This document shows positions 28,048 through 37,861 of a stretch of DNA of 64,000 bases, piece after piece. Made by a program: the position numbers and the translations under genes. The stretch lies in the sequence record LC739536.1; one strand, 5' to 3'. The first letter of the stretch is position 1; every line of letters begins with the position of its first letter. Source of the DNA: Escherichia phage phiWec187. A model generated the notes under the pieces. The model ran no database searches. It was not told the origin of the DNA and worked only from the letters and a program-made list of their open reading frames with translations.

Positions 28048-30867
28048 ATGTATCCTATTCCTTTATTTATGTCAACAACATCAGCTTCAGTAGTAACAGC
28101 TACATCTATAACTACTTCCTCTATTGGTATTGCAATAGTTGGTGGTAAAAAACAACTGACATACACAGTTACACCGGAAGATGGTGCATTATTTGATATA
28201 GCTTTTTCATCTTCAGATAATACCAAAATGGTTATAGATAATAGTGGTATGATGGAGTTTGTTGCCGAAGGTGGTTTTGATGCAATAATGACAGCTAAAA
28301 ATAATTTAGGTGCTGTCTTAACTGATCAATCTGGTGGTTATGCTTCAGAATTAAGTGTGTACACTGAAAGTCTATCGGCTATGGATGTAGGCACTACTCA
28401 ACAGTTGGTTGCTACAATCAGTCCAGAAGGTGCTAAAGACCTTCCAGATATGGTAATTACATACACCACAACAGATCCAGAAGTAGCTACTGTAAGCCCT
28501 ACAGGGTTAATAACTGCTCTTAAAGATGGCGGTTGCCGTATAGGTTGTACTGCAACGTATCAAGGAACAGTTGTGGCCTCTGATAGGTCTTATTTAGGTG
28601 TTAATGCTATTCCTGTTATTTCTAATGTAACAGCCGTGGCAAACAGTTATGGAGACGTTCGTGTTGCTTGGGATGTAACTGATCCGCTAGACGGTGATAC
28701 TTATACTGTAGAAGTATTAGATTTAAGTAATAATAGTGTTCAGTGGACTACAACAACCACGAATACTTACGCTTACTTTGATATCTCTGACTCTATTCCT
28801 CTTTATGGGTTTGCTCCAACATACCTTAAAATTAGCGTTAAGAGCACCAAAGCAGCAGCCGTTATCTTTAATAACTCAATAGCTACAGATGATTCGTTCA
28901 TTAAAGAAGTTATTGTCTTTGCTGGACAAGATAACGTAAATGCACACTTTACAGAACTATCTGGTGCAAATAAAGCAGCAATGAGTAGCACAACAGCCCG
29001 TAATGCATATGCCACGCAACGTGGTTTAGCAAATGCTGAAGTTCTTCCGTTAAATACAGCTTCTGGATCATCAGCAGCAGATAAATATGCAGATGATAAA
29101 GCCGGAACAGGAACACCAGACAACTACTGGTATGATCTGGATAACACAGCAGATGGGCCATGCTTAACTAACTTTATCACTAAAGTCACACCTTATGCAA
29201 GTAAGGTTAAAGCCATTATTTGGGGACAAGGTGAAAATGATGCTGTATCAGCATCTTCGACTGTTGCAGGTAGGTACAGTAACACTACACGTTACCATGA
29301 TGCTACGATAGCCATCTTTGATAAGATGCGTACAATAGTTCCTGCTTCTCAAGCAAAAATTGTTTGGCAGATCCTAGGACGTTCTTATTTATATGGTGTA
29401 GAAGTTAATGGTGTGGATTGGCAGAAGTACAGAAATGTACAAAGAACCATCTCTACAGCACGTGATGATGTTATCATTGGTTCTTGGGTAGATGGTGCTG
29501 AACGTTACAGTGGTTATGTTTATGAAGAAGGTATTGATGGTCGTATCCATTATATTTCTTCTGTATACCAAACAGCAGCTACAAAACTTGCTAAATCAGC
29601 AGCAGACGGTACAGACTTAACATCAACGTCACCTGTTTGGGTTGATATGGCTGTTCCAACTGGAGCAACAGCTACTTCCCAATCTAATCAAGATACAATT
29701 TTAGCATGGGATGCTCAAGGCTATAGTAAACACTACTTCCGTAATATTAACGTCTTAACCGCATCTGTATTAACTGAACAAACGCTTAATACGAACAGTT
29801 ATACGTTTACCTATGCAGATCAAGTAGCACAATATGGCTTTGCAGCAGGAACTACTATATTTGATGTTGCATATTATGACGAAGCAAATGATGTGTTATC
29901 TCCTTTAGTACGTTTTAATGTTAACGTTACAGCAGGAACCGTAGAAGATAAACCTGTAGTGATGGATTATGATTTAACACAAGAAACTCTTCCATCAGAT
30001 GTTAAGGTTAATGGTGGGAACTCTTTTGCTCGTACTTCTGGAGATACACTTGTAGCCACTAACACCTTGGTTGCTCCGTTGGAGTATATTGGTACTACCC
30101 CTGTAGGTAGACGTGTAACAGCTAACACAGCTACACAAATTTTTGTCAACAACGCCTTAACAAGTGCAAGCCCGTGGGTAAAGACCAACTTAACTGTTGC
30201 AGCTTCATCTGATAACTCTCCGGTTGGAACTACTGCTAATGTATTCAAATTAACTCCGACTACAACCTCTGGTAGTCATATCTTAACTGCAACATATACT
30301 AACGCGTACAACATATCTGCCGGACGTAACTGGTCTGCCTCTGTTTTCTTGAAAGCGAACGGGATTACTAAGGCCAAACTAAGATTAAAAGCAGGAACTG
30401 AAGTTAATGAGGGTACTTTTGATTTAGCAGCAGGTACATTCACAGGAAGTGAAGCTAATATTATATCTATGGGCAACGGTTGGTATCGTGCTATTCTGCA
30501 TAAAACAGGGATAGCCAAACAGTCCTCCATAAGTTTTGAAATAATTGCCTTGGATGCAACTGGTGCGGAGATTTTCGCTGGAGATGGTACTAGTAACCTT
30601 GCAGTTTGGTTGCCACAGCTTGAAGGTGCTTCTACAGGAGAAACATCAAAAGCTGGATCGCCTTATGTCTGCACATATCCTGGAAATTTAGGAGGAGTAT
30701 CCTTCACTATACCAAGGAACGGACATACTGGTGTGGATGTTTACTATTCCAACGGAGACGTTGTTCGTGACGTATTCTCTGGTACGGCATCTACTTGGAC
30801 AATAAACTACTCCAGCTTGTACGATTGGGGATCAGTCTTTATTACAGGTTTGAAATATTACGACTAA
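28048..30867 (+). CDS. tail fibre with Ig-like N-terminal region and putative SGNH/sialate-O-acetylesterase-like domain
   Basis: 939 aa; FAGQDNVNAH and IWGQGENDA resemble the GQSNM and WxQGE blocks of SASA-type esterases; last gene of the + strand module. Confidence 0.45.
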   Translation: MYPIPLFMSTTSASVVTATSITTSSIGIAIVGGKKQLTYTVTPEDGALFDIAFSSSDNTKMVIDNSGMMEFVAEGGFDAIMTAKNNLGAVLTDQSGGYASELSVYTESLSAMDVGTTQQLVATISPEGAKDLPDMVITYTTTDPEVATVSPTGLITALKDGGCRIGCTATYQGTVVASDRSYLGVNAIPVISNVTAVANSYGDVRVAWDVTDPLDGDTYTVEVLDLSNNSVQWTTTTTNTYAYFDISDSIPLYGFAPTYLKISVKSTKAAAVIFNNSIATDDSFIKEVIVFAGQDNVNAHFTELSGANKAAMSSTTARNAYATQRGLANAEVLPLNTASGSSAADKYADDKAGTGTPDNYWYDLDNTADGPCLTNFITKVTPYASKVKAIIWGQGENDAVSASSTVAGRYSNTTRYHDATIAIFDKMRTIVPASQAKIVWQILGRSYLYGVEVNGVDWQKYRNVQRTISTARDDVIIGSWVDGAERYSGYVYEEGIDGRIHYISSVYQTAATKLAKSAADGTDLTSTSPVWVDMAVPTGATATSQSNQDTILAWDAQGYSKHYFRNINVLTASVLTEQTLNTNSYTFTYADQVAQYGFAAGTTIFDVAYYDEANDVLSPLVRFNVNVTAGTVEDKPVVMDYDLTQETLPSDVKVNGGNSFARTSGDTLVATNTLVAPLEYIGTTPVGRRVTANTATQIFVNNALTSASPWVKTNLTVAASSDNSPVGTTANVFKLTPTTTSGSHILTATYTNAYNISAGRNWSASVFLKANGITKAKLRLKAGTEVNEGTFDLAAGTFTGSEANIISMGNGWYRAILHKTGIAKQSSISFEIIALDATGAEIFAGDGTSNLAVWLPQLEGASTGETSKAGSPYVCTYPGNLGGVSFTIPRNGHTGVDVYYSNGDVVRDVFSGTASTWTINYSSLYDWGSVFITGLKYYD

Positions 30868-30899
30868 TAAAAAAGGAGCCATTAGGCTCCTTTTCTTTT
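30868..30899. terminator. bidirectional rho-independent terminator between convergent modules
   Basis: aaaaaa, stem ggagcc / ggctcc with atta loop, ttttctttt; A-run and T-run on both sides. Confidence 0.6.
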
Positions 30900-30902
30900 A
30901 TC

Positions 30903-31334
30903 TTAATCAGTGAAAATTACGCTCACATCTTCTTTAGAGAAGAGTTTATGATCTTCACCTTTTGTCTCAAGAGTTTCATACAGGTTAAGAAGTTCTGAAA
31001 CATCTTTCTCTACCAGTTTCTTCAATGTTGCAATTTTCTGTTTGCGATTCTTAATACGTTCAGCTACAACCTTACGTTGGTATCCGGCAGTACGATAACC
31101 TGAGAAAGTTACACCAGTAAGACTTGCAGTTACAGGATCGTAGTGACGTTCAATCTGAAATTTATTAAAAGGTACAGCGTCATCACGAATAATCTTACCG
31201 CCATTACTTACTTGACGAAGACCAGTAACTTGCTCAAGTCGTGCCATAGAAATCTTTGGAGACAGACCAGAATCCAGGTTCATACCGTTGTTAATCAGTG
31301 CTTTCAGGGTGATTTTGCTGTTCAGTGTACTCAT
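30903..31334 (-). CDS. hypothetical protein co-transcribed with the DNA methyltransferase
   Basis: 143 aa; start overlaps the 3' end of the methyltransferase gene by 44 nt; no family I can recognise. Confidence 0.35.
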   Translation of the reverse strand: MSTLNSKITLKALINNGMNLDSGLSPKISMARLEQVTGLRQVSNGGKIIRDDAVPFNKFQIERHYDPVTASLTGVTFSGYRTAGYQRKVVAERIKNRKQKIATLKKLVEKDVSELLNLYETLETKGEDHKLFSKEDVSVIFTD

Positions 31335-32022
31335 TTAGTCGTTCCTCCGCTTGCTTAAAAATATTTACATCGGCTTCACAGCCTAAGTATTCTCTACCTG
31401 TTAAAAGTGCCGCAACTTGTGTTGTTGCACTTCCAGAGAAGAAGTCTAAGACTACATCTCCTTCGTTGGTGTGTATATTAATAAGGTCACAAAACAAAGT
31501 CAAGTGTTTTTGTGTTGGATGAAAACGATCTGCTCCTTGATAGATAGGATACTCGAACACACCCTTATGGTAGGAAGCATTGAAGGTTGGCTTCGAACCT
31601 TTAACACAAACAATAGCCATCTCTTTAGCGTTACTAAGGTAGTTAACACCACTGTTGATGGGTACAGGGTTTGTTTTAATCCATTCAATAGTACGGAACA
31701 TACGAAAACCAAGCGGTTCAAGGATTTCACGTAGCTCCTGGATCTTCCAGATATCATACCAAACTATACAAGTACCACCTTTTCTAAGCACCCTGTAGGC
31801 TTCTTTGAATACTTCTTTAAAGTAAGGAATATCTACAACATCCCAATCACCAAAGTTGTAAGATACACGGAATCTATCCGTATCTTTTCCAGTCGGCTCT
31901 CCAGATTGAAAATTTGTGTCACGAGAAATAGCATATGGTGGGTCAGTAAGAATCAAATCTACACTATTGCTTTCGAGGGTTTGCAGGTAGTTTAACGCGG
32001 TGTTGTTTACAAATTCGCTCAT
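31291..32022 (-). CDS. DNA methyltransferase, beta class (N6-adenine or N4-cytosine)
   Basis: N-terminal DPPY catalytic motif (LILTDPPYAI) and C-terminal AdoMet motif (VLDFFSGSATT); motif order IV then I defines beta class. Confidence 0.7.
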   Translation of the reverse strand: MSEFVNNTALNYLQTLESNSVDLILTDPPYAISRDTNFQSGEPTGKDTDRFRVSYNFGDWDVVDIPYFKEVFKEAYRVLRKGGTCIVWYDIWKIQELREILEPLGFRMFRTIEWIKTNPVPINSGVNYLSNAKEMAIVCVKGSKPTFNASYHKGVFEYPIYQGADRFHPTQKHLTLFCDLINIHTNEGDVVLDFFSGSATTQVAALLTGREYLGCEADVNIFKQAEERLNEYTEQQNHPESTD

Positions 32023-32040
32023 TATATCTCCTTCAAAGAA

Positions 32041-32060
32041 AAGGAGCCGTTAGGCTCCTT
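32041..32060 (-). terminator. rho-independent terminator after SSB gene
   Basis: stem aaggagcc / ggctcctt with gtta loop; minus-strand T tract ttttctttg; same stem as the 30868 hairpin. Confidence 0.5.
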
Positions 32061-32082
32061 ATATTTACACAATATTTAACTA

Positions 32083-33030
32083 TTAGAAACAGTGCAGGAA
32101 GTTTCGACCATACTGCAAACCAATAGGAGCAAATGGGATATCATCATCGAAATCTTGAACAACAGGTTCTGGCTCTTTCGGTGCTGGCTCTTTCTTCTCT
32201 ACTTTTTTAGTTTCTTTCTTAACTTCTTGTACCGGGGTAGACATTCCACGGATAGCAGCAGCTACTTTATCAGACAAAGCAAGAACTTCACGAGCAGCTT
32301 CAATAATCTCTTCTGCCGTTACAGTCTTACCTGTATGATCACGACAAGCGTTAAGAATTGCGTGTCCAACTGAAGCACCAAGATCATAGTCAGTCACATC
32401 AACGCCACGATCTTTAGCAATTTCTGCTTTCAGAGTAACAGTTGCAGATTGTACCACACCAGCCAAGTCGAAAGCATCACCTTTCACACCAGCACGTAGA
32501 AGCTCCAGAGCGCCGTTCACAGCGTGTCCTGTTTCAATCCCCACGGTATCACGTTTTTTGTAGTTAGGCTTGTTACCGTCATTATTAGATGGCTTATTTC
32601 CACCTTTTGAAGAGGATTGCGCTTGCTGAACACCTTCTGTTGAAAGAATAGTGATTTTACCTTTAGAGGAATTGTAGTATGTTTTGCCATTCCATTCAGA
32701 AGGTTTAACATCCATAGTTAGTTCTACACCTTTTTCGATAGTAACCCACTTGTCACCATCTTTAACTTGCAGGTTTTCATGTTCTGGATGCAGTTTAACT
32801 TCACCTAGGCTAACCCAAACACCTTTATCATCAGCACTAGCACCTTTCTCTTTAATAAGCAGAGATGCTTTGTGAGTTGATTCAATTTTCTTATCTGGCT
32901 GACCTGCAACCTTAATATAAGAGACTTTCATTTCATCAAACTTATCCAGTTTGACATATTCAACGATACCTTCAGCCCAGAATGCTTCTTTTTTAGTACG
33001 ACGGTCGATTTCAGAATTAATTACTGGCAT
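32083..33030 (-). CDS. ssb: single-stranded DNA-binding protein
   Basis: 315 aa; Gly/Asn/Lys-rich linker and acidic DFDDDIPF motif, the hallmark tail of bacterial-type SSB, here followed by 15 more residues. Confidence 0.6.
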   Translation of the reverse strand: MPVINSEIDRRTKKEAFWAEGIVEYVKLDKFDEMKVSYIKVAGQPDKKIESTHKASLLIKEKGASADDKGVWVSLGEVKLHPEHENLQVKDGDKWVTIEKGVELTMDVKPSEWNGKTYYNSSKGKITILSTEGVQQAQSSSKGGNKPSNNDGNKPNYKKRDTVGIETGHAVNGALELLRAGVKGDAFDLAGVVQSATVTLKAEIAKDRGVDVTDYDLGASVGHAILNACRDHTGKTVTAEEIIEAAREVLALSDKVAAAIRGMSTPVQEVKKETKKVEKKEPAPKEPEPVVQDFDDDIPFAPIGLQYGRNFLHCF

Positions 33031-33046
33031 AAATTCTCCTCTATAA

Positions 33047-33445
33047 TTACATTACTTTAACACAAAACTCTCGTAAAAGAGTAGCGTCAGTTTCTTCCAA
33101 CAGGTATTTACCAAGACCAATACCAAATCCTATTTCACCACTTTCGAAATGGAGGATTTGTATCTTTTCTCCACCAAGGTTAATTACTTTTGCTTTTCCA
33201 GGATTATCCAAAACATCTCGTATTGTATCCTGTAGTAGCATTAGTTCACGTTTTGTGATAGTGGTTTCAGATATCTCTTTGTTTTCTACTCTCACTGTTA
33301 AACGGTTGTATCCACCAAAGAGACATAGTATTTGAATAAAAAAGGTATTATCTTGAGGTTCAACATCTTTTTTAGTTAACTCAAGACGATTAGTTTCTCT
33401 ACTATAGAACGTCTCGACTAAGATTTTAGAACGATTATCTGTCAT
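33047..33445 (-). CDS. hypothetical protein
   Basis: 132 aa ORF. Confidence 0.3.
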   Translation of the reverse strand: MTDNRSKILVETFYSRETNRLELTKKDVEPQDNTFFIQILCLFGGYNRLTVRVENKEISETTITKRELMLLQDTIRDVLDNPGKAKVINLGGEKIQILHFESGEIGFGIGLGKYLLEETDATLLREFCVKVM

Positions 33446-33488
33446 TCAAGTCCTCATAATAACACATAATTATAATGTTTGTCAACAC

Positions 33489-34082
33489 TTAAATTTTAAA
33501 TTCTTCACTGTTAAATGAATCCAGTGTACGTACTTCTGGTTCTTTGGGAATGAAAACGTCTTTTACAAAGCGGAACATAGGGAAACGTTCTGCCATTTTA
33601 CGGACGTGTGCTTCTTTACCTGTGTATCGGTGATTAATAGTACAAATATTAGTTTTCAGTGCAAATTCAAAATCTGGATGATATACATAATTTTGACCAT
33701 CCCAGTAACACAAGCAAATAGCTACATCAAAGTTCCATACGATTTCACTGCGTACACCTTCTTCCATAATCATAAAGTTAAACTTAAGATCTTTATAGTA
33801 TGCTTCAAATACCCATTTCAAATGCGGTAGTTCGGCATAAGTGTGTTCTGTTTGCTTAGTAAGTTGTTTAACATTACGTGCACCAACACCCAACATCAAA
33901 AATTTCTCTACTAATACGATTGTATTGTGGTTAGGCATACGCAAGTAAATATCAATATCTTGCGCAGGTTTCTCTAATCGCCAATCACGTACAGCGCCGC
34001 CAGCTACAATTGCAAACGGATCTACCAGTTGGCACATACGTAATACTTCTAAAGCTCGTACTTTTTGATCTTCAATATTCAT
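33489..34082 (-). CDS. minimal nucleotidyltransferase with tRNA CCA-adding/poly(A) polymerase-type head motif
   Basis: 197 aa; VAGGAVRDWRLEKPAQDIDIY matches the GGxVRD...DxD head motif of class II tRNA nucleotidyltransferases; too short to carry the body domain. Confidence 0.45.
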   Translation of the reverse strand: MNIEDQKVRALEVLRMCQLVDPFAIVAGGAVRDWRLEKPAQDIDIYLRMPNHNTIVLVEKFLMLGVGARNVKQLTKQTEHTYAELPHLKWVFEAYYKDLKFNFMIMEEGVRSEIVWNFDVAICLCYWDGQNYVYHPDFEFALKTNICTINHRYTGKEAHVRKMAERFPMFRFVKDVFIPKEPEVRTLDSFNSEEFKI

Positions 34083-34219
34083 ATTTTCTCCTATCTCTTA
34101 TGGTCTTTGCGTTATTCTAGATGTTCAAACATCTAATTATGAAATGGTTTAAAAGTGCGGAACAACCTTGGCAATTACAGATTGTTCCACATAAAAACTC
34201 CTTTAAAATCAAAGATTTG

Positions 34220-37200
34220 TCAATGACAACTAGCCCATGAGTTACCAACATCGTAACCAGCAGTGAGAGGTACATTAAGATTGTAATACTCACCAGCTTT
34301 ATTAACAGCGATAGATGCTAATTCTCCAGCACGACTGTAGGCTGTAAACCAACCACCTTTCGGAGATTCATGTACGTTAGCCCAAATCTTGCCAGTACGT
34401 TTCTCTTCCTCTTCTTTCCAGGTATTAACTTTATCCAAACATTCTTTATCAATTTTCTTTTGTTCTTCTGGATCATCAACTTGAGTCCAACCTAAAGATT
34501 CTTTAGAGAACCATTTAAAATGCACCAGATCACGAGTTACTTCAAGCTGTGCTTCATCGTGATATGCAATCATTTGTTGAACGAATGACTTATTTTTCCA
34601 GTCATCAACAAAAAAGTCAACAGCTAATCCTTCTTCTTCGATAAGATCGTCGTAGATAACCATTGCTCTTTTTGCACAAATAACACCACCACTCTGGAAC
34701 AGAGAGTTAAGTATTGCGTGTGCAGATCGTGTAGGTACTTTTCTACCATCAATACCGAGAATGTATTTCTTACCTGTTTTAACCCAAAAATCATGCAGAC
34801 GTTCTTTAAGAAGCGCAAGAGGTTTTGCAGCTTCCCAGAAAGCATCGTATACAAGCTGTCCTGTATACATATCACTACCTATAGTTTTTGCTACTTTTGC
34901 AGCTTGAGCGCCGTACGTGCAGTTACCTGTCAACGTGATAAAACCATTCTGACGCATAACAAAAGATTCATTCTTGGTTGAGATACAGAATACATCTGTT
35001 ACTCGTGAAAAAGCTCTTGTCAACCTCTGTCCTGAAATAGTTTGTCCGTTATTGATTGCCAACGTTAACATGCCATCTTTTTGAACAGAACCATACGCAA
35101 TATTACCTGTCATATTGATAGCCAAAGAAACAGCGTCGCTAATCTTACCTTTCTTTTGACGGATAACAAGACTGCCGTTTGGACGCTTATGACCATCTGC
35201 CATCCAGAATGCCTCTAAGAATGCTTCCAACACAGCTTGACCTTGATTAGCAATTAATGTAGACCAGTCCACTTCGTGCTTATTTTGACCCACTTCAACG
35301 CCACATTTAGTCAAAAATTCCCTAAACTGACTCTTATTAGGACGTAATGAATGCATCGTTCCAGATACATACTCGTCAAATGTGAAGATATCTCCCACAG
35401 CCTCACGTGCTTCTTCTAAGAATTTTTTCTCATCTTGATCTACCGTGACTGTAATACCCATTACTTTATTTCTGGCTTTGCCAGACCACTTATAGTAGCC
35501 ATCCGAAAGAAGCCAGCCTAAGAAACGACCTTCTTCCACTGTTAGAGTAGACACCACACCAGATCGCCCTGCTGCAATTATGTTTGACTCCGAGTTTAAA
35601 TCCTCTGTAGATCTACGCTCCACTTGCATATACTTAACATTGTTACCATCTGATCGCATAGTTTTTCTCTGTGCGTTAATCCACATATGATCGTTAGTAA
35701 CTTCTACTTTGAACCACTTGTTACCGAGAGAGACAACTTCTGCATCGTTATAGTCCCACAGCTTAAGAATAGGGGTATATTCGTAAAGAGCGGTGTGAGT
35801 ATTATAAGATAAAACTTCATCCCCTACAAAAAGATCTTTACGTTTCTTCCAACCCGTTCTTGTTAACACTTCCGTATTATCTACAGGTACACAACCGTAT
35901 TTAACGCTCTTAGCAGGACCACGTTCAAACTTACGTCCAATAATATCAGTAATATGTTTTGCCATCATAGTATGCACATCGTTTGGTTTTTCTAACAGAA
36001 GTGCATTACAGTAAGCATGATCAGGATTATCATATCTCCACGTATAATGCGACTCAATCTTCGCCTCTAATGAATCAAAGTCATAACCAATCTGGAAGTA
36101 TTTAGGAACCTCTACACCAAATAAGTTACGCATTTCATATCCGTACAGAGATGTTACACGTGGGATATTTGCTACTAACCTATGTTTCATACGAGATGTA
36201 GCTGCATCACACGTTGCAGCAGGAGTTGGTATACGACCATCAGCCCTTACTGCTGCCAGATAACCTTTATCGTAATCCTCTTCTTCTTCCCAATCAGCAC
36301 CACCCCCTAGAATAGAGTTCCTACGGTGTTTATACGTAAGATACTGCACAACCTGCGTAGCATAAGGAAACTTTTCACCTAGTGCTTCCAAGTTAGGACA
36401 AATATCTTTCTCTTGCCCTTTTGTAAAGGAAGGGTTAGTAAGCACTTTAACACCACGACCTTTAGCTTTAGCAATACGATCTCTTAGTTTCCATTCCAAA
36501 GTTTCTGGTGTGCACTCCAGATGATCACATCTGTCCTGGCAGAAATTAGATGCTAATGTTTGATCAACATAGTCACGAATGGCTTTCTCCATTTGTGCTT
36601 CATCTTTCTTAATCTTAGTGCCAGATTTAAGAGTGATATCTTTATCTTTATATTCAGATGGACTCCAACCTAAACCAACTAACCAATTTTTAATATGTGT
36701 TGTGTCGTCTAAAGTAGCAGGTACTGTAGGATCACAAATAGGTTCTTCTGCTGGAATAGGTAGTTTAAACTCTTTACCTAATGCAAATAACCACCAACCA
36801 TCTTCTTTTTGTACAAGTTCACCAGAATGTTTCTCTGCAAACTTTATCATGTTACTTGAAGGTTCACCATTCTTTTTAAACTGTAGTTTAGGTGGAATGA
36901 ATGATTTCAAATAACCTTTAGTAGCAGGTTTAGGAGGTAGCACAGGTTCTGCCTCTAAACGACATGCTTCCATTCGAGCATCCAGATCACGAATATTATC
37001 TTCTGCTTGTTTCATGTTGAAAGCAAAGCCACGGTGCTCTTGACGTGTAATAATATCAGCTACACGTTGTTCTAAGTTAAATGGTTCAGACCACTTATTA
37101 TAATCACCCCACTCTTCCATCAAATAACGGAACACTGCGGTGTTAGCTTTGTTATCGTAAATACAGTAATACAGCATATCTGCTGCAAATGTTCTAAATC

Positions 37201-37768
37201 TTTCAGTTTCAGGGATGTTTTTTCTGAAATCAATTTTAACATCCCCTCCAGCTTTCTTAGATAACTCTGCCAGACTATGACCACCGAAGCGATCAGGGTT
37301 TAGTGTCTTACTTAAGATCATAGTATCACAAATTTCAATGTTACTATTACCCCAAGTATTGTACTTAATACTGTAGTTGAGTTTAAAAAATAATTTAATT
37401 GCCAGTAAGTCGAAGTTAATGATGTTGTGTCCAACTACTTTGGTAATTTTATAGTTTGAATTACCTTTAAATTTACCTGTTCCGTTTACAAAATCAGGAA
37501 AATCTTTAAGAGGGAAATGGGTATATTCTAAATGCTCATATTCCTCCAGTCGGTATTCATACTTTCCGTCAGTCTCAACATACGGACGACCATCGAAAAG
37601 ATATTTATCACCATCATGGAAAGCAATAATCTCTCCAGTATCATGACTTTCGCACACAATACAGTGCATTGCAAAACTATCTTTTAAACGATATGGACTT
37701 GCCAAGTAATCTACACTTTCGTCATTAAGCAAGTTGTTACTTTCAATGTCGAAAGTAAAAGCTCCCAT
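34220..37768 (-). CDS. family A (T7-like) DNA polymerase with 3'-5' exonuclease domain, interrupted by an intein
   Basis: Exo I FDIESNN; motif A DFDSLEAKI; motif B RGPAKSVKYG split by the intein and resuming CTYGAQAAK; motif C AYHDEAQLEV. Confidence 0.85.
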   Translation of the reverse strand: MGAFTFDIESNNLLNDESVDYLASPYRLKDSFAMHCIVCESHDTGEIIAFHDGDKYLFDGRPYVETDGKYEYRLEEYEHLEYTHFPLKDFPDFVNGTGKFKGNSNYKITKVVGHNIINFDLLAIKLFFKLNYSIKYNTWGNSNIEICDTMILSKTLNPDRFGGHSLAELSKKAGGDVKIDFRKNIPETERFRTFAADMLYYCIYDNKANTAVFRYLMEEWGDYNKWSEPFNLEQRVADIITRQEHRGFAFNMKQAEDNIRDLDARMEACRLEAEPVLPPKPATKGYLKSFIPPKLQFKKNGEPSSNMIKFAEKHSGELVQKEDGWWLFALGKEFKLPIPAEEPICDPTVPATLDDTTHIKNWLVGLGWSPSEYKDKDITLKSGTKIKKDEAQMEKAIRDYVDQTLASNFCQDRCDHLECTPETLEWKLRDRIAKAKGRGVKVLTNPSFTKGQEKDICPNLEALGEKFPYATQVVQYLTYKHRRNSILGGGADWEEEEDYDKGYLAAVRADGRIPTPAATCDAATSRMKHRLVANIPRVTSLYGYEMRNLFGVEVPKYFQIGYDFDSLEAKIESHYTWRYDNPDHAYCNALLLEKPNDVHTMMAKHITDIIGRKFERGPAKSVKYGCVPVDNTEVLTRTGWKKRKDLFVGDEVLSYNTHTALYEYTPILKLWDYNDAEVVSLGNKWFKVEVTNDHMWINAQRKTMRSDGNNVKYMQVERRSTEDLNSESNIIAAGRSGVVSTLTVEEGRFLGWLLSDGYYKWSGKARNKVMGITVTVDQDEKKFLEEAREAVGDIFTFDEYVSGTMHSLRPNKSQFREFLTKCGVEVGQNKHEVDWSTLIANQGQAVLEAFLEAFWMADGHKRPNGSLVIRQKKGKISDAVSLAINMTGNIAYGSVQKDGMLTLAINNGQTISGQRLTRAFSRVTDVFCISTKNESFVMRQNGFITLTGNCTYGAQAAKVAKTIGSDMYTGQLVYDAFWEAAKPLALLKERLHDFWVKTGKKYILGIDGRKVPTRSAHAILNSLFQSGGVICAKRAMVIYDDLIEEEGLAVDFFVDDWKNKSFVQQMIAYHDEAQLEVTRDLVHFKWFSKESLGWTQVDDPEEQKKIDKECLDKVNTWKEEEEKRTGKIWANVHESPKGGWFTAYSRAGELASIAVNKAGEYYNLNVPLTAGYDVGNSWASCH
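34922..35893 (-). mobile_element. intein (324 aa) with LAGLIDADG homing endonuclease, inserted in polymerase motif B
   Basis: starts at Cys626 (CVPVDNTEVL), ends at Asn949 (FITLTGN) followed by Cys+1; LAGLIDADG-like FLGWLLSDGY and LEAFWMADGH; boundary codons checked on the nucleotide sequence. Confidence 0.75.
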
Positions 37769-37861
37769 TCTCCCTCCTTAAAATATTTCTAAAGTCTTAA
37801 TTTGTTAATACTGTACCATAAATTAATTGTTTTGTAAAGGGGCTTTCGCCCCTTCTTGTTA

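Noticed and set aside
33606-33830. 74-aa + strand ORF
   Set aside because: Antisense to the nucleotidyltransferase-like gene; hydrophobic low-complexity translation; no RBS.
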